Program-made: the position numbers and the translations under genes | Part shown: one piece after another, positions 52,671 through 61,494 of the stretch | Position numbering within the stretch: position 1 is the stretch's first letter | How the letters are laid out: the number at the start of each line of letters is the position of its first letter | The notes under the pieces: generated by a model | Seen by the model: the letters and a program-made list of their open reading frames with translations, nothing else | Databases searched by the model: none | What the model was told of the DNA's origin: nothing | NCBI GenBank assembly: GCA_963818475.1 | Contig: CAWFSF010000006.1 | Coordinates: forward strand, 1,696,001 to 1,760,000 | Source of the DNA: Nitrospirota bacterium | GTDB taxonomy: Bacteria > Nitrospirota > UBA9217 | Direction of reading: 5' to 3' | DNA length: 64,000 bases

Positions 52671-54164
52671 TTATCTTTTAAAATGGCGCCTTAATGCTAA
52701 TATAAAGAGTGGGATAAGTGTCGACATAACGATGAATTGTAAAATGTAGATCTTGATAGTCGATGAAGATTTGATTTCCGTAAAATATCTTGCAATCCCC
52801 GGGATTAGATTTCCAATGGCATAAAATAGTGATTCATAAAAATCATGTAGGATGCCACCCAGGTCGTTTGGTATCCCAAATTCGTATTGAATATTTGGCA
52901 ACCCTGTAAACATAGTAATTGAAGAAAATACAAGGAGACTTATCAGTATTAACACCAGCGGTCGGATATAGCTTATCCCATACCCACTTGTATATTTGTA
53001 CCAAGCATAAAAAGAGAAGACGTCAGTTTTCATCCAATACATCAGCGCATAGAAGGACAACTTTGGATTCTTCTTATCGATCTTTTCGGCAAGAGTTGCA
53101 CCCGTAAGGAAACGCTTCATCTCCATTTCGCAGTAGTGAAATTTATCCGCAGTGACGTAGTCCTTATTCGTTTCAAAATTATTTTTGAAGGAACAATATG
53201 TTTCTTTCAAAGACTGATTATTGGTGTTCATTTCACTAGCTGCATTAAAACCACAATTGTAACCTTCGCTCCAATAATTTCCTGCTCTGGAATTGAACAA
53301 TTCATCAAACAATATTATTCGAGTGGCGGACAGGAATTTTGCTTCATTAAATTTGCAATCTATAAATCTTGCATTTAGCAATTTAGCACCAAGGAAAAAG
53401 ACCTCCGTTAAATCTATGTGATTGAAAACGCAATTAGATAAATCAGCAGATATAAAAGATACATTCTTGAGAGAACTGGCGGCAAATTCAAGTCCCCCAT
53501 TGCCTCTGGGGCTAAACATGCAGTTTTTCAAACTGGATTTGTGGAATATAATTCTATGGTCGGCTGCGATTATAACATGGGAGAAGTTTAGCTTAACGTA
53601 GTTGGTTGCAGCGATGTCTTTTGCGTCACTTAGACCAGATGCAGAGGCAAAAATACAGTCGCCCGAAAAAGTAGCTCTTTCAAAATCTAGTGCGTTATAC
53701 TCGATTTGATGAAAATTAGACTTGGTCAAGAAGTTACATTCTCGAAAAGTTGCCTTGCCTCTGAAAACGACCCCGGCAAACGATGTAGAGCTACCCCGAA
53801 AAGTTGATCGATCGAATACAACATCGTCGAATTCAGAACCTGAACAATCTAAATCAACAAAGTCATCATTAGACAAATCGACCGAGTGACGAAACTTGCA
53901 GTCTCTTAATATTGTTTTCTGTTTGTAGGGATTGCCCGTTTTCGTAAATGGTGCTTTGCTGCTAAATTCAATGCCGCTGTAATCACGATTGCACTGGTAG
54001 TGTTTATTTTTATAAGTATTAAATTCATCATCTAAACCAAGTCGTTCTCTTAATTTTATAGGGGCATGCAGAGTGCAATATTCCTTACCATCATCATCTT
54101 TATATGTTGGTCCGCCTAACTGTTTGCACCAATCATATTTTGTTATCATACAACATGTTCCCAT
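52671..54164 (-). CDS. pentapeptide-repeat protein with a C-terminal membrane domain
   Basis: YCTLH N-terminal motif; repeated F-x4 pentapeptides; GYG...RP followed by TM helices; GGAG RBS before ATG 54164. Confidence 0.82.
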   Translation of the reverse strand: MGTCCMITKYDWCKQLGGPTYKDDDGKEYCTLHAPIKLRERLGLDDEFNTYKNKHYQCNRDYSGIEFSSKAPFTKTGNPYKQKTILRDCKFRHSVDLSNDDFVDLDCSGSEFDDVVFDRSTFRGSSTSFAGVVFRGKATFRECNFLTKSNFHQIEYNALDFERATFSGDCIFASASGLSDAKDIAATNYVKLNFSHVIIAADHRIIFHKSSLKNCMFSPRGNGGLEFAASSLKNVSFISADLSNCVFNHIDLTEVFFLGAKLLNARFIDCKFNEAKFLSATRIILFDELFNSRAGNYWSEGYNCGFNAASEMNTNNQSLKETYCSFKNNFETNKDYVTADKFHYCEMEMKRFLTGATLAEKIDKKNPKLSFYALMYWMKTDVFSFYAWYKYTSGYGISYIRPLVLILISLLVFSSITMFTGLPNIQYEFGIPNDLGGILHDFYESLFYAIGNLIPGIARYFTEIKSSSTIKIYILQFIVMSTLIPLFILALRRHFKR

Positions 54165-54210
54165 ATGGTCTTTCTCCAAATTAACAAGTTGTTTACTATA
54201 AGGGGCCATA

Positions 54211-54336
54211 TATCTACAGGTATATACATTCATCTACCGGCAGATGAAAATATCTACCTGTAGATAGCAAGCTTCCATATACCGGTAGATAACTTTTCAA
54301 ATTAACAAACTGCTATGAATCATCTACCTGTATATG
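54211..54336. promoter_or_regulatory. five copies of a 16-bp imperfect palindrome (consensus core ATCTACCGGTAGAT)
   Basis: Copies start at 54211, 54231, 54251, 54276 and 54321. Confidence 0.7.
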
Positions 54337-54512
54337 TTTTTCCTGAGACGTGCCAGCGATTTTACCATACTTCACAAACCAAAGCAGTTTCTCAGGATTC
54401 CACCTTCCTCCTGCCGTTTTGGCTTGCAGACGAGCAGGCATGTCGTCGGCTCTAATGCGCATAGGCACCAGCGCTTCCGCATCATAGCGCTGCGGCGGAT
54501 TCCATCCAGTTT

Positions 54513-54588
54513 GTAGGTTGGGCTACGCATCACAGCCCAACATCTTTTATATTCTGTTGGGCAAGGTGTGGCGTTTTGCCCAACCTAC
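54513..54588. repeat. GTAG-type REP doublet
   Basis: GTAGGTTGGGC...GCCCAAC / GTTGGGC...GCCCAACCTAC. Confidence 0.75.
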
Positions 54589-54592
54589 CTGA

Positions 54593-56272
54593 CTATTTCC
54601 CTACAAACCAGCTATCCTGCTCCTCATTCTTCACCAAAAGACGCTGATACAGCATCCCGCCGACATAGAAGGTCACTCCGAGAACAACGAGCCCGATGAT
54701 CCGCGCGACCGTGGATGCGCCGCTCAGGTCAAAGAGCAGCACCTTTCCAGCTGTGGCGCCGAATACGGCCAGGGATGATTGTCCCATCAGTTTGTCCTTC
54801 ACGTACAGCGACAGGCCGAGGCTCCCGATGGCGAGCACTCCCCATGCGACCGATTCGATGATCGGTTCGTGCAGAAGGTGAATCGCCGCGGCCATGGCGC
54901 AGATGTGGCCCATGGCGATCAGCAGTGTTGTCGCGCTGCCGATCAGGTCATTCTGGCGGCAGAACCAATAGCCGAGATAGAGGAGCAGGGCGTAAGAGAC
55001 GGAGAGCAATTGCCGGGCTGGTACCGTGTCAATATCGGCATTGAAGAGGATGCGCAGGTAGTTCACCGTGAAGATGATGCCGACGGCTACCCAGATGGGC
55101 CATCGCGAGCCGAATCCGTCATCGCTCCGTATGCTGATAATCGCGACAACGGGGACCAGCAGAAAACCGATCCAGGGACCCCATGCTGCGGGCACGGACT
55201 CGATGTAGCCCGCATGGAACAGTACGAGCGCCGCATAGCACCACAACAGCAGCTCCCCGCCCGGAAGCTGCTCCTGCAGCGCGTAACGAGCGACAGCATA
55301 GATCAGGGCAAGAGCGGCCAGGCTGCCAACCGCGATCCAGGGCGCAATGGCGGGCAGATGCTGGTTCAGCAGGCTGTATTGCAGAAAATAGAAGAGCAAG
55401 AGCGGCGGCAAATGCGCGAGCGCGTCCTGCTGACTGAGCGGTTCGTTATGCCGGACGGAGAAGACGGCGGTGGCGATGCCGAAGATCGCGAACTGGATGG
55501 TCTGAAAAGCTATGACCGCGCTCCACTGGTCCGCTCCCTGGATCTTCCAGAGCATGTCAAAACCGATGAGCGCAAGGTAGAGCGCCAGGAGATAGATCAG
55601 CCTTCGGCCATGCCAGATGGAAAAGACGCTGAATACGACACTCCATGCCGAGTAGTAGATCGCCACGTCAGTGAGGGGGCCTGCCGCGCCCCTGAGCAGA
55701 AAGGGGGCGAAGTACGAGCCGGCCACGGCGAAGAGGGCGAAGAGGTCGCTTTCGAAAGCCCTGCAGAGCCAGAGCGAAGCGCCGCACACGATGATAACGG
55801 CAGCTCCGGCCTCTTGCACGCTGATGAGATGATGATACAGGTGTCCGCCGTAGATGGTGAGAAAAAGGACGGCGATGCCCGCGGCAGGAAGCAGGCCGGC
55901 ATAGTCCCGGTCATTTTTCCGCAGGGCAAAACCTGAGCCGATCAGCAGCAGCCCGAAGACGGCCGAGCAGGCGACCTGCCTGATCGGCGTCAGCCAGCCG
56001 CTGTCGATCGCCAGCTTGATGAGATAGGACGCTGCCAGCAGAAGCGCGATGGCCCCGCCCCAGCCGAGGACGTTGCCGATGAGTTGTGATTCCGTTTGCT
56101 GTTGAGGAGGTGACGCAGTGCGGACAGTTGGCCGAGCCGCCGGTGCAGCCACGGTCGTTTGCGGGCGGACAACCGTCTGCGCCTGAGCCGCCCGCTTCAA
56201 CAGATGCGCCTCAATTCCCGCGACTCGCGCCTCTATGGCAGCAACACGACTTTCAAGATCATCAAGACTCAT
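54593..56272 (-). CDS. DUF2339-like polytopic membrane protein
   Basis: N-terminal coiled coil, IGNVLGWGG, many TMs, and C-terminal KVLLFDL...RII. Confidence 0.82.
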   Translation of the reverse strand: MSLDDLESRVAAIEARVAGIEAHLLKRAAQAQTVVRPQTTVAAPAARPTVRTASPPQQQTESQLIGNVLGWGGAIALLLAASYLIKLAIDSGWLTPIRQVACSAVFGLLLIGSGFALRKNDRDYAGLLPAAGIAVLFLTIYGGHLYHHLISVQEAGAAVIIVCGASLWLCRAFESDLFALFAVAGSYFAPFLLRGAAGPLTDVAIYYSAWSVVFSVFSIWHGRRLIYLLALYLALIGFDMLWKIQGADQWSAVIAFQTIQFAIFGIATAVFSVRHNEPLSQQDALAHLPPLLLFYFLQYSLLNQHLPAIAPWIAVGSLAALALIYAVARYALQEQLPGGELLLWCYAALVLFHAGYIESVPAAWGPWIGFLLVPVVAIISIRSDDGFGSRWPIWVAVGIIFTVNYLRILFNADIDTVPARQLLSVSYALLLYLGYWFCRQNDLIGSATTLLIAMGHICAMAAAIHLLHEPIIESVAWGVLAIGSLGLSLYVKDKLMGQSSLAVFGATAGKVLLFDLSGASTVARIIGLVVLGVTFYVGGMLYQRLLVKNEEQDSWFVGK

Positions 56273-56410
56273 AAGCGTTGCCCTCCTGTTTTTGTGTCGT
56301 TACATTCGAAAGTGAGGTGCTATTCCAGAAAGTATATTTTCCAGACGACTATAACATAGAATGCCGATAGATGCGGTACTTTTCGGGGGGACGGGTAAGG
56401 TCGATTATTC

Positions 56411-56574
56411 TAACCCGGACAAGCCGGCACCATAATATTTTCACCACGAAGGCCGCGAAGAGCACGAAGGAATTCAACGTGCTAATGTCTTTAACAACGT
56501 CCGTATACGTTTCTCTTCGTGAACTTCGTGTTCTTCGTGGTAAATATTCTTGCCATTTTGAGTAGAATTAGATT
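56411..56574. repeat. composite repeat: conserved outer frame with an inner 9-mer palindrome (56443-56541)
   Basis: Outer ends match 14250-14407. Confidence 0.75.
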
Positions 56575-56592
56575 TGTTTGTTACTAAAAACG

Positions 56593-56719
56593 GCATTTGA
56601 ACACGGAAGAAGCGAAAACATCTGGTTAACGCGGATAAATTCTAAAGCATTCACCTATTGGGTGAACCTCTTATAAAAGAAATAATCCGATCATCCGGCT
56701 TTTATCCGTGTCCAAATGC
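56593..56719. repeat. palindromic element (GCATTTGAACACGGA...TCCGTGTCCAAATGC)
   Basis: Terminal inverted repeat around an AT-rich spacer. Confidence 0.6.
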
Positions 56720-56774
56720 TTTTTTAAGGATAATGGCGCTATCAGGAACAGCGTTGTAGGGCATACAGAGAAAT

Positions 56775-57374
56775 TCAACCGTTCAACAGTTTAAGGACAG
56801 CCATGCCGTCCTCGTAATGTTCGATGATGTTGAGCGCGCCGAAAGACTGGTCAAGACGGAAGAGGTTGTTCAGGTCGAGGCCGAGGACATGGGCGAGGAT
56901 GACGCGGTTCACGCCGCCGTGCAGCAGCATGGCGATCTCCTGGTTCGGGTGGGCCGACACCAGCCGCTCGTATTCGGGGATGATCCGGTCGCGCACGTCG
57001 CTGACGCATTCGCCGCCGGACGGACGGTAGTTGAGAAGGTCGGCCCGCCAGAGCTGGAACTCCTCGGGAAAGCGCTCCTTGATCTCATCGACCGTAAGCC
57101 CTTCCCAGACGCCGACGCTCCGCTCCCGCAGCTGGCGGAGGGGAGTATAGGAAATATTGAGCCGCTTCGAGATGATGTCGGCGCCTTTGACCGACCGGAT
57201 GAGGTCGCTGGAATAGACCGCGGTGATGGGCTTGTCCGCCAGCATCCCGGCCAGCCGGTGCATCTGCTCCACACCGGTCTCGGTGATGTCCACGTCAATA
57301 TGGCCGTTGTAGCGTTTTTGTCCGCCATTCGCCACTTCACCATGGCGCATGAGATAGACCCGCGTCAGCATCAA
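56775..57374 (-). CDS. cobC: alpha-ribazole phosphatase (histidine phosphatase)
   Basis: RHG, SSDL.R and HGG motifs; cob operon context. Confidence 0.85.
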   Translation of the reverse strand: MMLTRVYLMRHGEVANGGQKRYNGHIDVDITETGVEQMHRLAGMLADKPITAVYSSDLIRSVKGADIISKRLNISYTPLRQLRERSVGVWEGLTVDEIKERFPEEFQLWRADLLNYRPSGGECVSDVRDRIIPEYERLVSAHPNQEIAMLLHGGVNRVILAHVLGLDLNNLFRLDQSFGALNIIEHYEDGMAVLKLLNG

Positions 57375-58135
57375 TTACTCCGCACCTGACAGGACCACCA
57401 GAAGCAGCAGGACCAGGACCTCGTTCAGCTCGCTTATGGCCCCGATCGCATCGCCGGTGACCCCGCCCAGCCTCTTCACCAGATACCAGCGACCCAGAAG
57501 CGTGAACGCCAGAACGCCCGCTACCAGGTAGAGGGCGGTCCATCCGTTCACCCAGATCGCCAGCCCGAAGGCAATCGCGAACGCCGCGATCATATTGTTT
57601 CCGCGCAAGTGACCGACAAAGGCGCTGCCCATCCCCTTTTCCCGGCCGTAGTTCGCCTTGTACACCATGAGCGTCTGGGACCATCGCGCGAGCAGGGGAG
57701 CCGTCAGCAGCGCTTCCACCTTGCTGCCCGAGAACAGATTGTTCAGCGTCAGGTACTTGACGAGCAGCAGCAGTACGATGCCGATAGCGCCGGCCGTGCC
57801 GAGCCTGCTGTCCTTCATGATATGGAGCCGGGACTCTGGTCGTAGCCGCCCATCAGGCCGTCCAGGGTGTCAGCCAGACCGTCGATGTGAAAGGCGCGGG
57901 TGAGCAGCACCAGAATGACGATGAGCATTGCGTTCACGATGGTATTCGGGAACATCCATAAGAGCCCCTTGTCCGCGTTCACCAGGATGAACCCCAGGGC
58001 AAAACCTACGAGCGGGAAGTAGACCATGGACTTCGCGAGGTCGTTCTCCGCCACCTCGTGCTTCTTGTTGAGGGTGAAGATCGTCAGGAACTGGACCGCG
58101 GTTATGAAATTTTTTAGCATTGCTTTCATGGTCAT
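57375..58135 (-). CDS. cobS: cobalamin synthase; frameshift near 57825
   Basis: QFLT, HIDGLADTLDG, MKDSRLG and GGVTGDAIGA motifs. Confidence 0.92.
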
Positions 58136-58147
58136 CAGGTACTTGCG

Positions 58148-59218
58148 CTAGTGCTTTACGGGGTCCCCTTCTTTTTCAGCAACACCGGCATCGGCAAAGG
58201 TCGCCATCTCGGTCAGGATCCTGACGCCCGCCTCTACGAGCGATATGCCCAGGGCCGCGCCCGTGCCTTCGCCGAGCCTGAGGTTCAGATCGAGAAGCGG
58301 CACCTGTTCGAGATGCTCCAGCATCTTCCGGTGGCCGATCTCGACGGACTGGTGGGCGGCAATGATATACCCTTTGACCAGCGGGTTCAGTTCGGCGGCG
58401 ATCAGGGCGCCCGCAGTGGAGATGAAACCGTCGATAACAACCGGGATCTTATAGAGCGCGGCGCCGAGCACAAGACCGGCAATGCCGGCTATCTCGAAGC
58501 CGCCGACCTTGGCAAGCACATCGAGGGCGTCCGACCGATCGGGCCGGTTCACTTCTATCGCCTTCCTGATGACCGCGGCCTTGTGCTTGAGCGAAGCATC
58601 ATCGATGCCGGTGCCGCGTCCCGTCACTTTTTCGGGGTCCGTGTTCGTGATGACCGACACGATGGCCGAGGAAGGCGTGGTGTTCGCAATGCCCATATCG
58701 CCGGTCCCGAGGATGTCGAGCTGGTCGCGGTATTTTTCGACGAGTTCGATGCCTGCCAGCACGGCGCGCTCCGCTTCGTCGCGCGTCATGGCCGGGCCCT
58801 GCGTCATGTTCTGCGTGCCGTGGCCGATCTTCCGGATCTCGAGGCCTTCCATGGGTTCAAAATCGTGGTCAACGCCCATGTCCACGACGATCACGCGCGC
58901 GCCCACATGCTTGGCGAGCACGTTCACACCGGCGCCGCCGCGCAGGAAGTTGTAGACCATCTGGGGAGTCACTTCTTTCGGGAAGGCGCTCACCCCTTCA
59001 GCTACAACACCATGGTCGCCGGCAAAAGTGAAAATGATCTTGTTCCTGATGCTCGGCTTGTCCCTGCCGGTGATGAGGCAGTATTTTTTCGCCAGCTCTT
59101 CAAGCCGGCCGAGGCTGCCCTGCGGCTTGGTCAGATTATCGAGCCTTGCCTGAACCGCGTTCGATCGCGATGCGTCCACGGGCTGGATCTTTTTTATGAT
59201 ATCCTGCAATTTACTCAT
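58148..59218 (-). CDS. cobT: nicotinate-nucleotide:dimethylbenzimidazole phosphoribosyltransferase
   Basis: LTKPQGSLGRLE, DHGV, MGIANTT and LRLGEGTGA motifs. Confidence 0.95.
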   Translation of the reverse strand: MSKLQDIIKKIQPVDASRSNAVQARLDNLTKPQGSLGRLEELAKKYCLITGRDKPSIRNKIIFTFAGDHGVVAEGVSAFPKEVTPQMVYNFLRGGAGVNVLAKHVGARVIVVDMGVDHDFEPMEGLEIRKIGHGTQNMTQGPAMTRDEAERAVLAGIELVEKYRDQLDILGTGDMGIANTTPSSAIVSVITNTDPEKVTGRGTGIDDASLKHKAAVIRKAIEVNRPDRSDALDVLAKVGGFEIAGIAGLVLGAALYKIPVVIDGFISTAGALIAAELNPLVKGYIIAAHQSVEIGHRKMLEHLEQVPLLDLNLRLGEGTGAALGISLVEAGVRILTEMATFADAGVAEKEGDPVKH

Positions 59219-59250
59219 CCTGTGTTACCTCCCCAAATATTTTTTGTTCT

Positions 59251-59283
59251 AATTCCGCAATCCGCAATCCGAAATCCGCAATA
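59251..59283. repeat. heptamer tandem repeat (TCCGCAA x4)
   Basis: aattccgcaatccgcaatccgaaatccgcaat between cobU and cobT. Confidence 0.65.
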
Positions 59284-59286
59284 AGA

Positions 59287-59811
59287 TCACTTTATCTTTA
59301 TCGGTATCCCCGAAGCGGTGAAGTACACTTCGTCGGCGACCTGGGCCACTTTCTGGTTCAAAAGCCCGGCATAGTCGCGGAACTGGCGCGCCAGCGGATT
59401 GTCGGGAACGATCCCGAGGCCGACCTCGTTCGAGACGATGAGCAGCGTGCCGTTGAAATCGCGAATGGCGGCAATGAGCTCTTCAGAATGGGCGCTGATG
59501 ACATCGCCGTCGACCGTATGGGCGATGATATTGCTCAACCAGAGCGTCAGGCAATCCAGAAGCGCAACATCATAATGCCGGGCGCTCAGCTTCTGGAGCA
59601 GTTCGGCAATGGCAAGCGGCTCCTCATAGGTGTCCCAGGCTTTGCTCCGGTCCTTGCGGTGCTTCTCGATCCGCGCTGCCATCTCGGGATCGAGCGCCTG
59701 CGCCGTGGCGATGTAGGCCCGCTTCCCTTCAAGCTCATGCGCCAGGCGTTCGGCAAAGCCTGATTTTCCCGACCGCGCGCCGCCGGTTATGAAGTAGATC
59801 TTAGTAGCCAT
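59287..59811 (-). CDS. cobU: adenosylcobinamide kinase/guanylyltransferase
   Basis: TGGARSGKS, YIATA, DCLTLWLSN and VSNEVGLG motifs. Confidence 0.95.
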   Translation of the reverse strand: MATKIYFITGGARSGKSGFAERLAHELEGKRAYIATAQALDPEMAARIEKHRKDRSKAWDTYEEPLAIAELLQKLSARHYDVALLDCLTLWLSNIIAHTVDGDVISAHSEELIAAIRDFNGTLLIVSNEVGLGIVPDNPLARQFRDYAGLLNQKVAQVADEVYFTASGIPIKIK

Positions 59812-59828
59812 AGGATCCTGTCTTATTT

Positions 59829-59870
59829 GCAGGGGCGGGTTGTAAGGGCGGGTTTTAAACCCGCCCCTAC
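59829..59870. repeat. REP-like GTAGGGGCGGGTT palindrome
   Basis: GGGCGGGTTTTAAACCCGCCCCTAC preceded by a partial second copy. Confidence 0.6.
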
Positions 59871-59897
59871 GCGCCCATTTCACCGCGTTCATCCAGA

Positions 59898-59932
59898 TAA
59901 AAAACCCCTACCTGGTTGTCTCAGGCAGGGGT
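59898..59932 (-). terminator. intrinsic terminator after the tRNA
   Basis: ACCCCT.CCTG hairpin followed by a T-run on the minus strand. Confidence 0.65.
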
Positions 59933-59963
59933 CAGGTTCACGCGCTGTCTTTCAAGGTCAAAA

Positions 59964-60039
59964 TGGAGCGGGCGACGGGGTTCGAACCCGCGACCCCAAG
60001 CTTGGGAAGCTTGTACTCTACCAGCTGAGCTACGCCCGC
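59964..60039 (-). tRNA. tRNA-Gly (CCC)
   Basis: GCGGGCGTAGCTCAGCTGGTAGAG...TTCCCAA...GGTTCGAACCC...CGCCCGCTCCA; 76 nt cloverleaf with CCA. Confidence 0.97.
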
Positions 60040-60096
60040 TTTTTCGAAAAGGATTATATCGGCATGGGTAACCGATGTCAATTAAAAAACTGGAGG

Positions 60097-60591
60097 CTAC
60101 AGGAGTTGTTTGACGGTCTGCTCTATCTCCTCTTCATTCCCGGACCCCAGAAAGCGCTTCAGGATCTTGCCGGACTTGTCGATGATTACCACCATCGGGA
60201 TCGTGCGGACACTGTACTGGTCAGCCACCTCATCGGTCCCCATCAGCACCGTATAGGTCATGCCGTGCTCTTTCTGAAAGGTGCTGATATCCGCTGCTGC
60301 ATCTCCGTCGACCGATATGGCGAGAATGACCAGTCCCTTGCCGGCATAGTCCGCGTTGAGCTTTGCGATGCCGGGAATGGAGTCGCGGCAGGGCTGGCAC
60401 CAGGTTGCCCAGAAGTCGAGCACGACCGGCTTGCCCTTGAAATCGGAGAGCTGGACCGTCTTTCCATTCAGGTCCTTGAGCTTGAAGTTCGGCGCATCGC
60501 CCGATGCAACCGTTGACCGTTCATCGGACCGGGTGCAGCCCAGAAGCAGGACAAGTACTATGATCGATACGGTGATGAATCTCCTGAACAT
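60097..60591 (-). CDS. TlpA/ResA-like thioredoxin lipoprotein
   Basis: LLGC lipobox, APNFKL and FWATWCQPC motifs. Confidence 0.9.
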   Translation of the reverse strand: MFRRFITVSIIVLVLLLGCTRSDERSTVASGDAPNFKLKDLNGKTVQLSDFKGKPVVLDFWATWCQPCRDSIPGIAKLNADYAGKGLVILAISVDGDAAADISTFQKEHGMTYTVLMGTDEVADQYSVRTIPMVVIIDKSGKILKRFLGSGNEEEIEQTVKQLL

Positions 60592-60693
60592 CGGGTGCAT
60601 CTCCTTAAAAAAATCCGGCAAGCGGCGCTCGCCTTTACGCGATGTCCCTCTTGCCGGAGGTTCACAATCGTTTACTGGAGGTACGGGAACGGG

Positions 60694-61014
60694 CTATTTC
60701 AGCAGGGTGTCGACCTTCGACTTGAGCTGTGCCTTGGGCACCGCACCCACTACCTGGTCAACGGTCTGCCCTCCCTTGAAGAACATCAGGGTCGGGATCC
60801 CCATGATACGGTATTTGCCGGCCACATCCGGATTTTCGTCCGTGTTCAGCTTGAGGACCTTCAGCTTGCCCGCATATTCCTTTGATATTTCGTCAACGAT
60901 CGGCGCCACCATCCGGCACGGTCCGCACCAGACGGCCCAGAAATCCACCAGGACGAGGCCCTCTGCTTTCAGTACTTCCTGCTCCCATGTTGCGGTCGTC
61001 ACTGCTTCTGCCAT
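60694..61014 (-). CDS. trxA: thioredoxin
   Basis: [11 protein letters not shown] and GIPT motifs. Confidence 0.95.
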   Translation of the reverse strand: MAEAVTTATWEQEVLKAEGLVLVDFWAVWCGPCRMVAPIVDEISKEYAGKLKVLKLNTDENPDVAGKYRIMGIPTLMFFKGGQTVDQVVGAVPKAQLKSKVDTLLK

Positions 61015-61035
61015 TCCATCCTCCTTAAAACCCTG

Positions 61036-61233
61036 TTATCGTGTATTTTGAATAGTTGCAGAAAGTTCCTGCCTGATCGAACCTTCGGGACAGACGCGGG
61101 GACAGGCGCCGCAGTCGATGCATTCCAGGGTGATGACGGCCTTTCCATCGACCATCCGTATGGCATCGGCCGGGCAAATATCCTGACAGGAGCCGCATCC
61201 CGTGCATGTTTTATCATTGACTCGATACGTCAT
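61036..61233 (-). CDS. 2x[4Fe-4S] ferredoxin
   Basis: CTGCGSCQDICP and CIDCGACPRVCP. Confidence 0.88.
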   Translation of the reverse strand: MTYRVNDKTCTGCGSCQDICPADAIRMVDGKAVITLECIDCGACPRVCPEGSIRQELSATIQNTR

Positions 61234-61319
61234 ATAACAACCGTTTGCAATAATAAACCATGCCCTGGGCATTGTCAATAATTTTTAGTTCGCCCGTAAA
61301 TAAGCAACAAGCCGAAACC

Positions 61320-61432
61320 AATTTTGCCACGAAGACACGAAGGCACTAAGAAATGCCTGAATGCTTTCGTGATTGTTTAACTCAATAATTTTCAAGACGT
61401 TCTTCGTGTCTTAGAGCCTTCGTGGCAAAATT
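61320..61432. repeat. 9-mer-unit palindrome
   Basis: AATTTTGCCACGAAGACACGAAGGCACTAAG...CTTCGTGTCTTAGAGCCTTCGTGGCAAAATT. Confidence 0.82.
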
Positions 61433-61494
61433 AATGTTGCCCTCCGGTAGGATCCGGCGTTGTCTATTTACAGAACTTGTGGCATAATCTGCGC

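Noticed and set aside
54211-54336. Mini CRISPR array
   Set aside because: Repeats are 16 bp with gaps of 4-29 bp, and there are no cas genes.
59812-59963. Cobalamin riboswitch upstream of cobU
   Set aside because: The space is filled by the tRNA terminator and a REP-like palindrome; no B12-box is visible.
59964-60039. tRNA-Gly as an island integration site
   Set aside because: No integrase and no duplicated tRNA 3' end were seen; the flanks are housekeeping genes.
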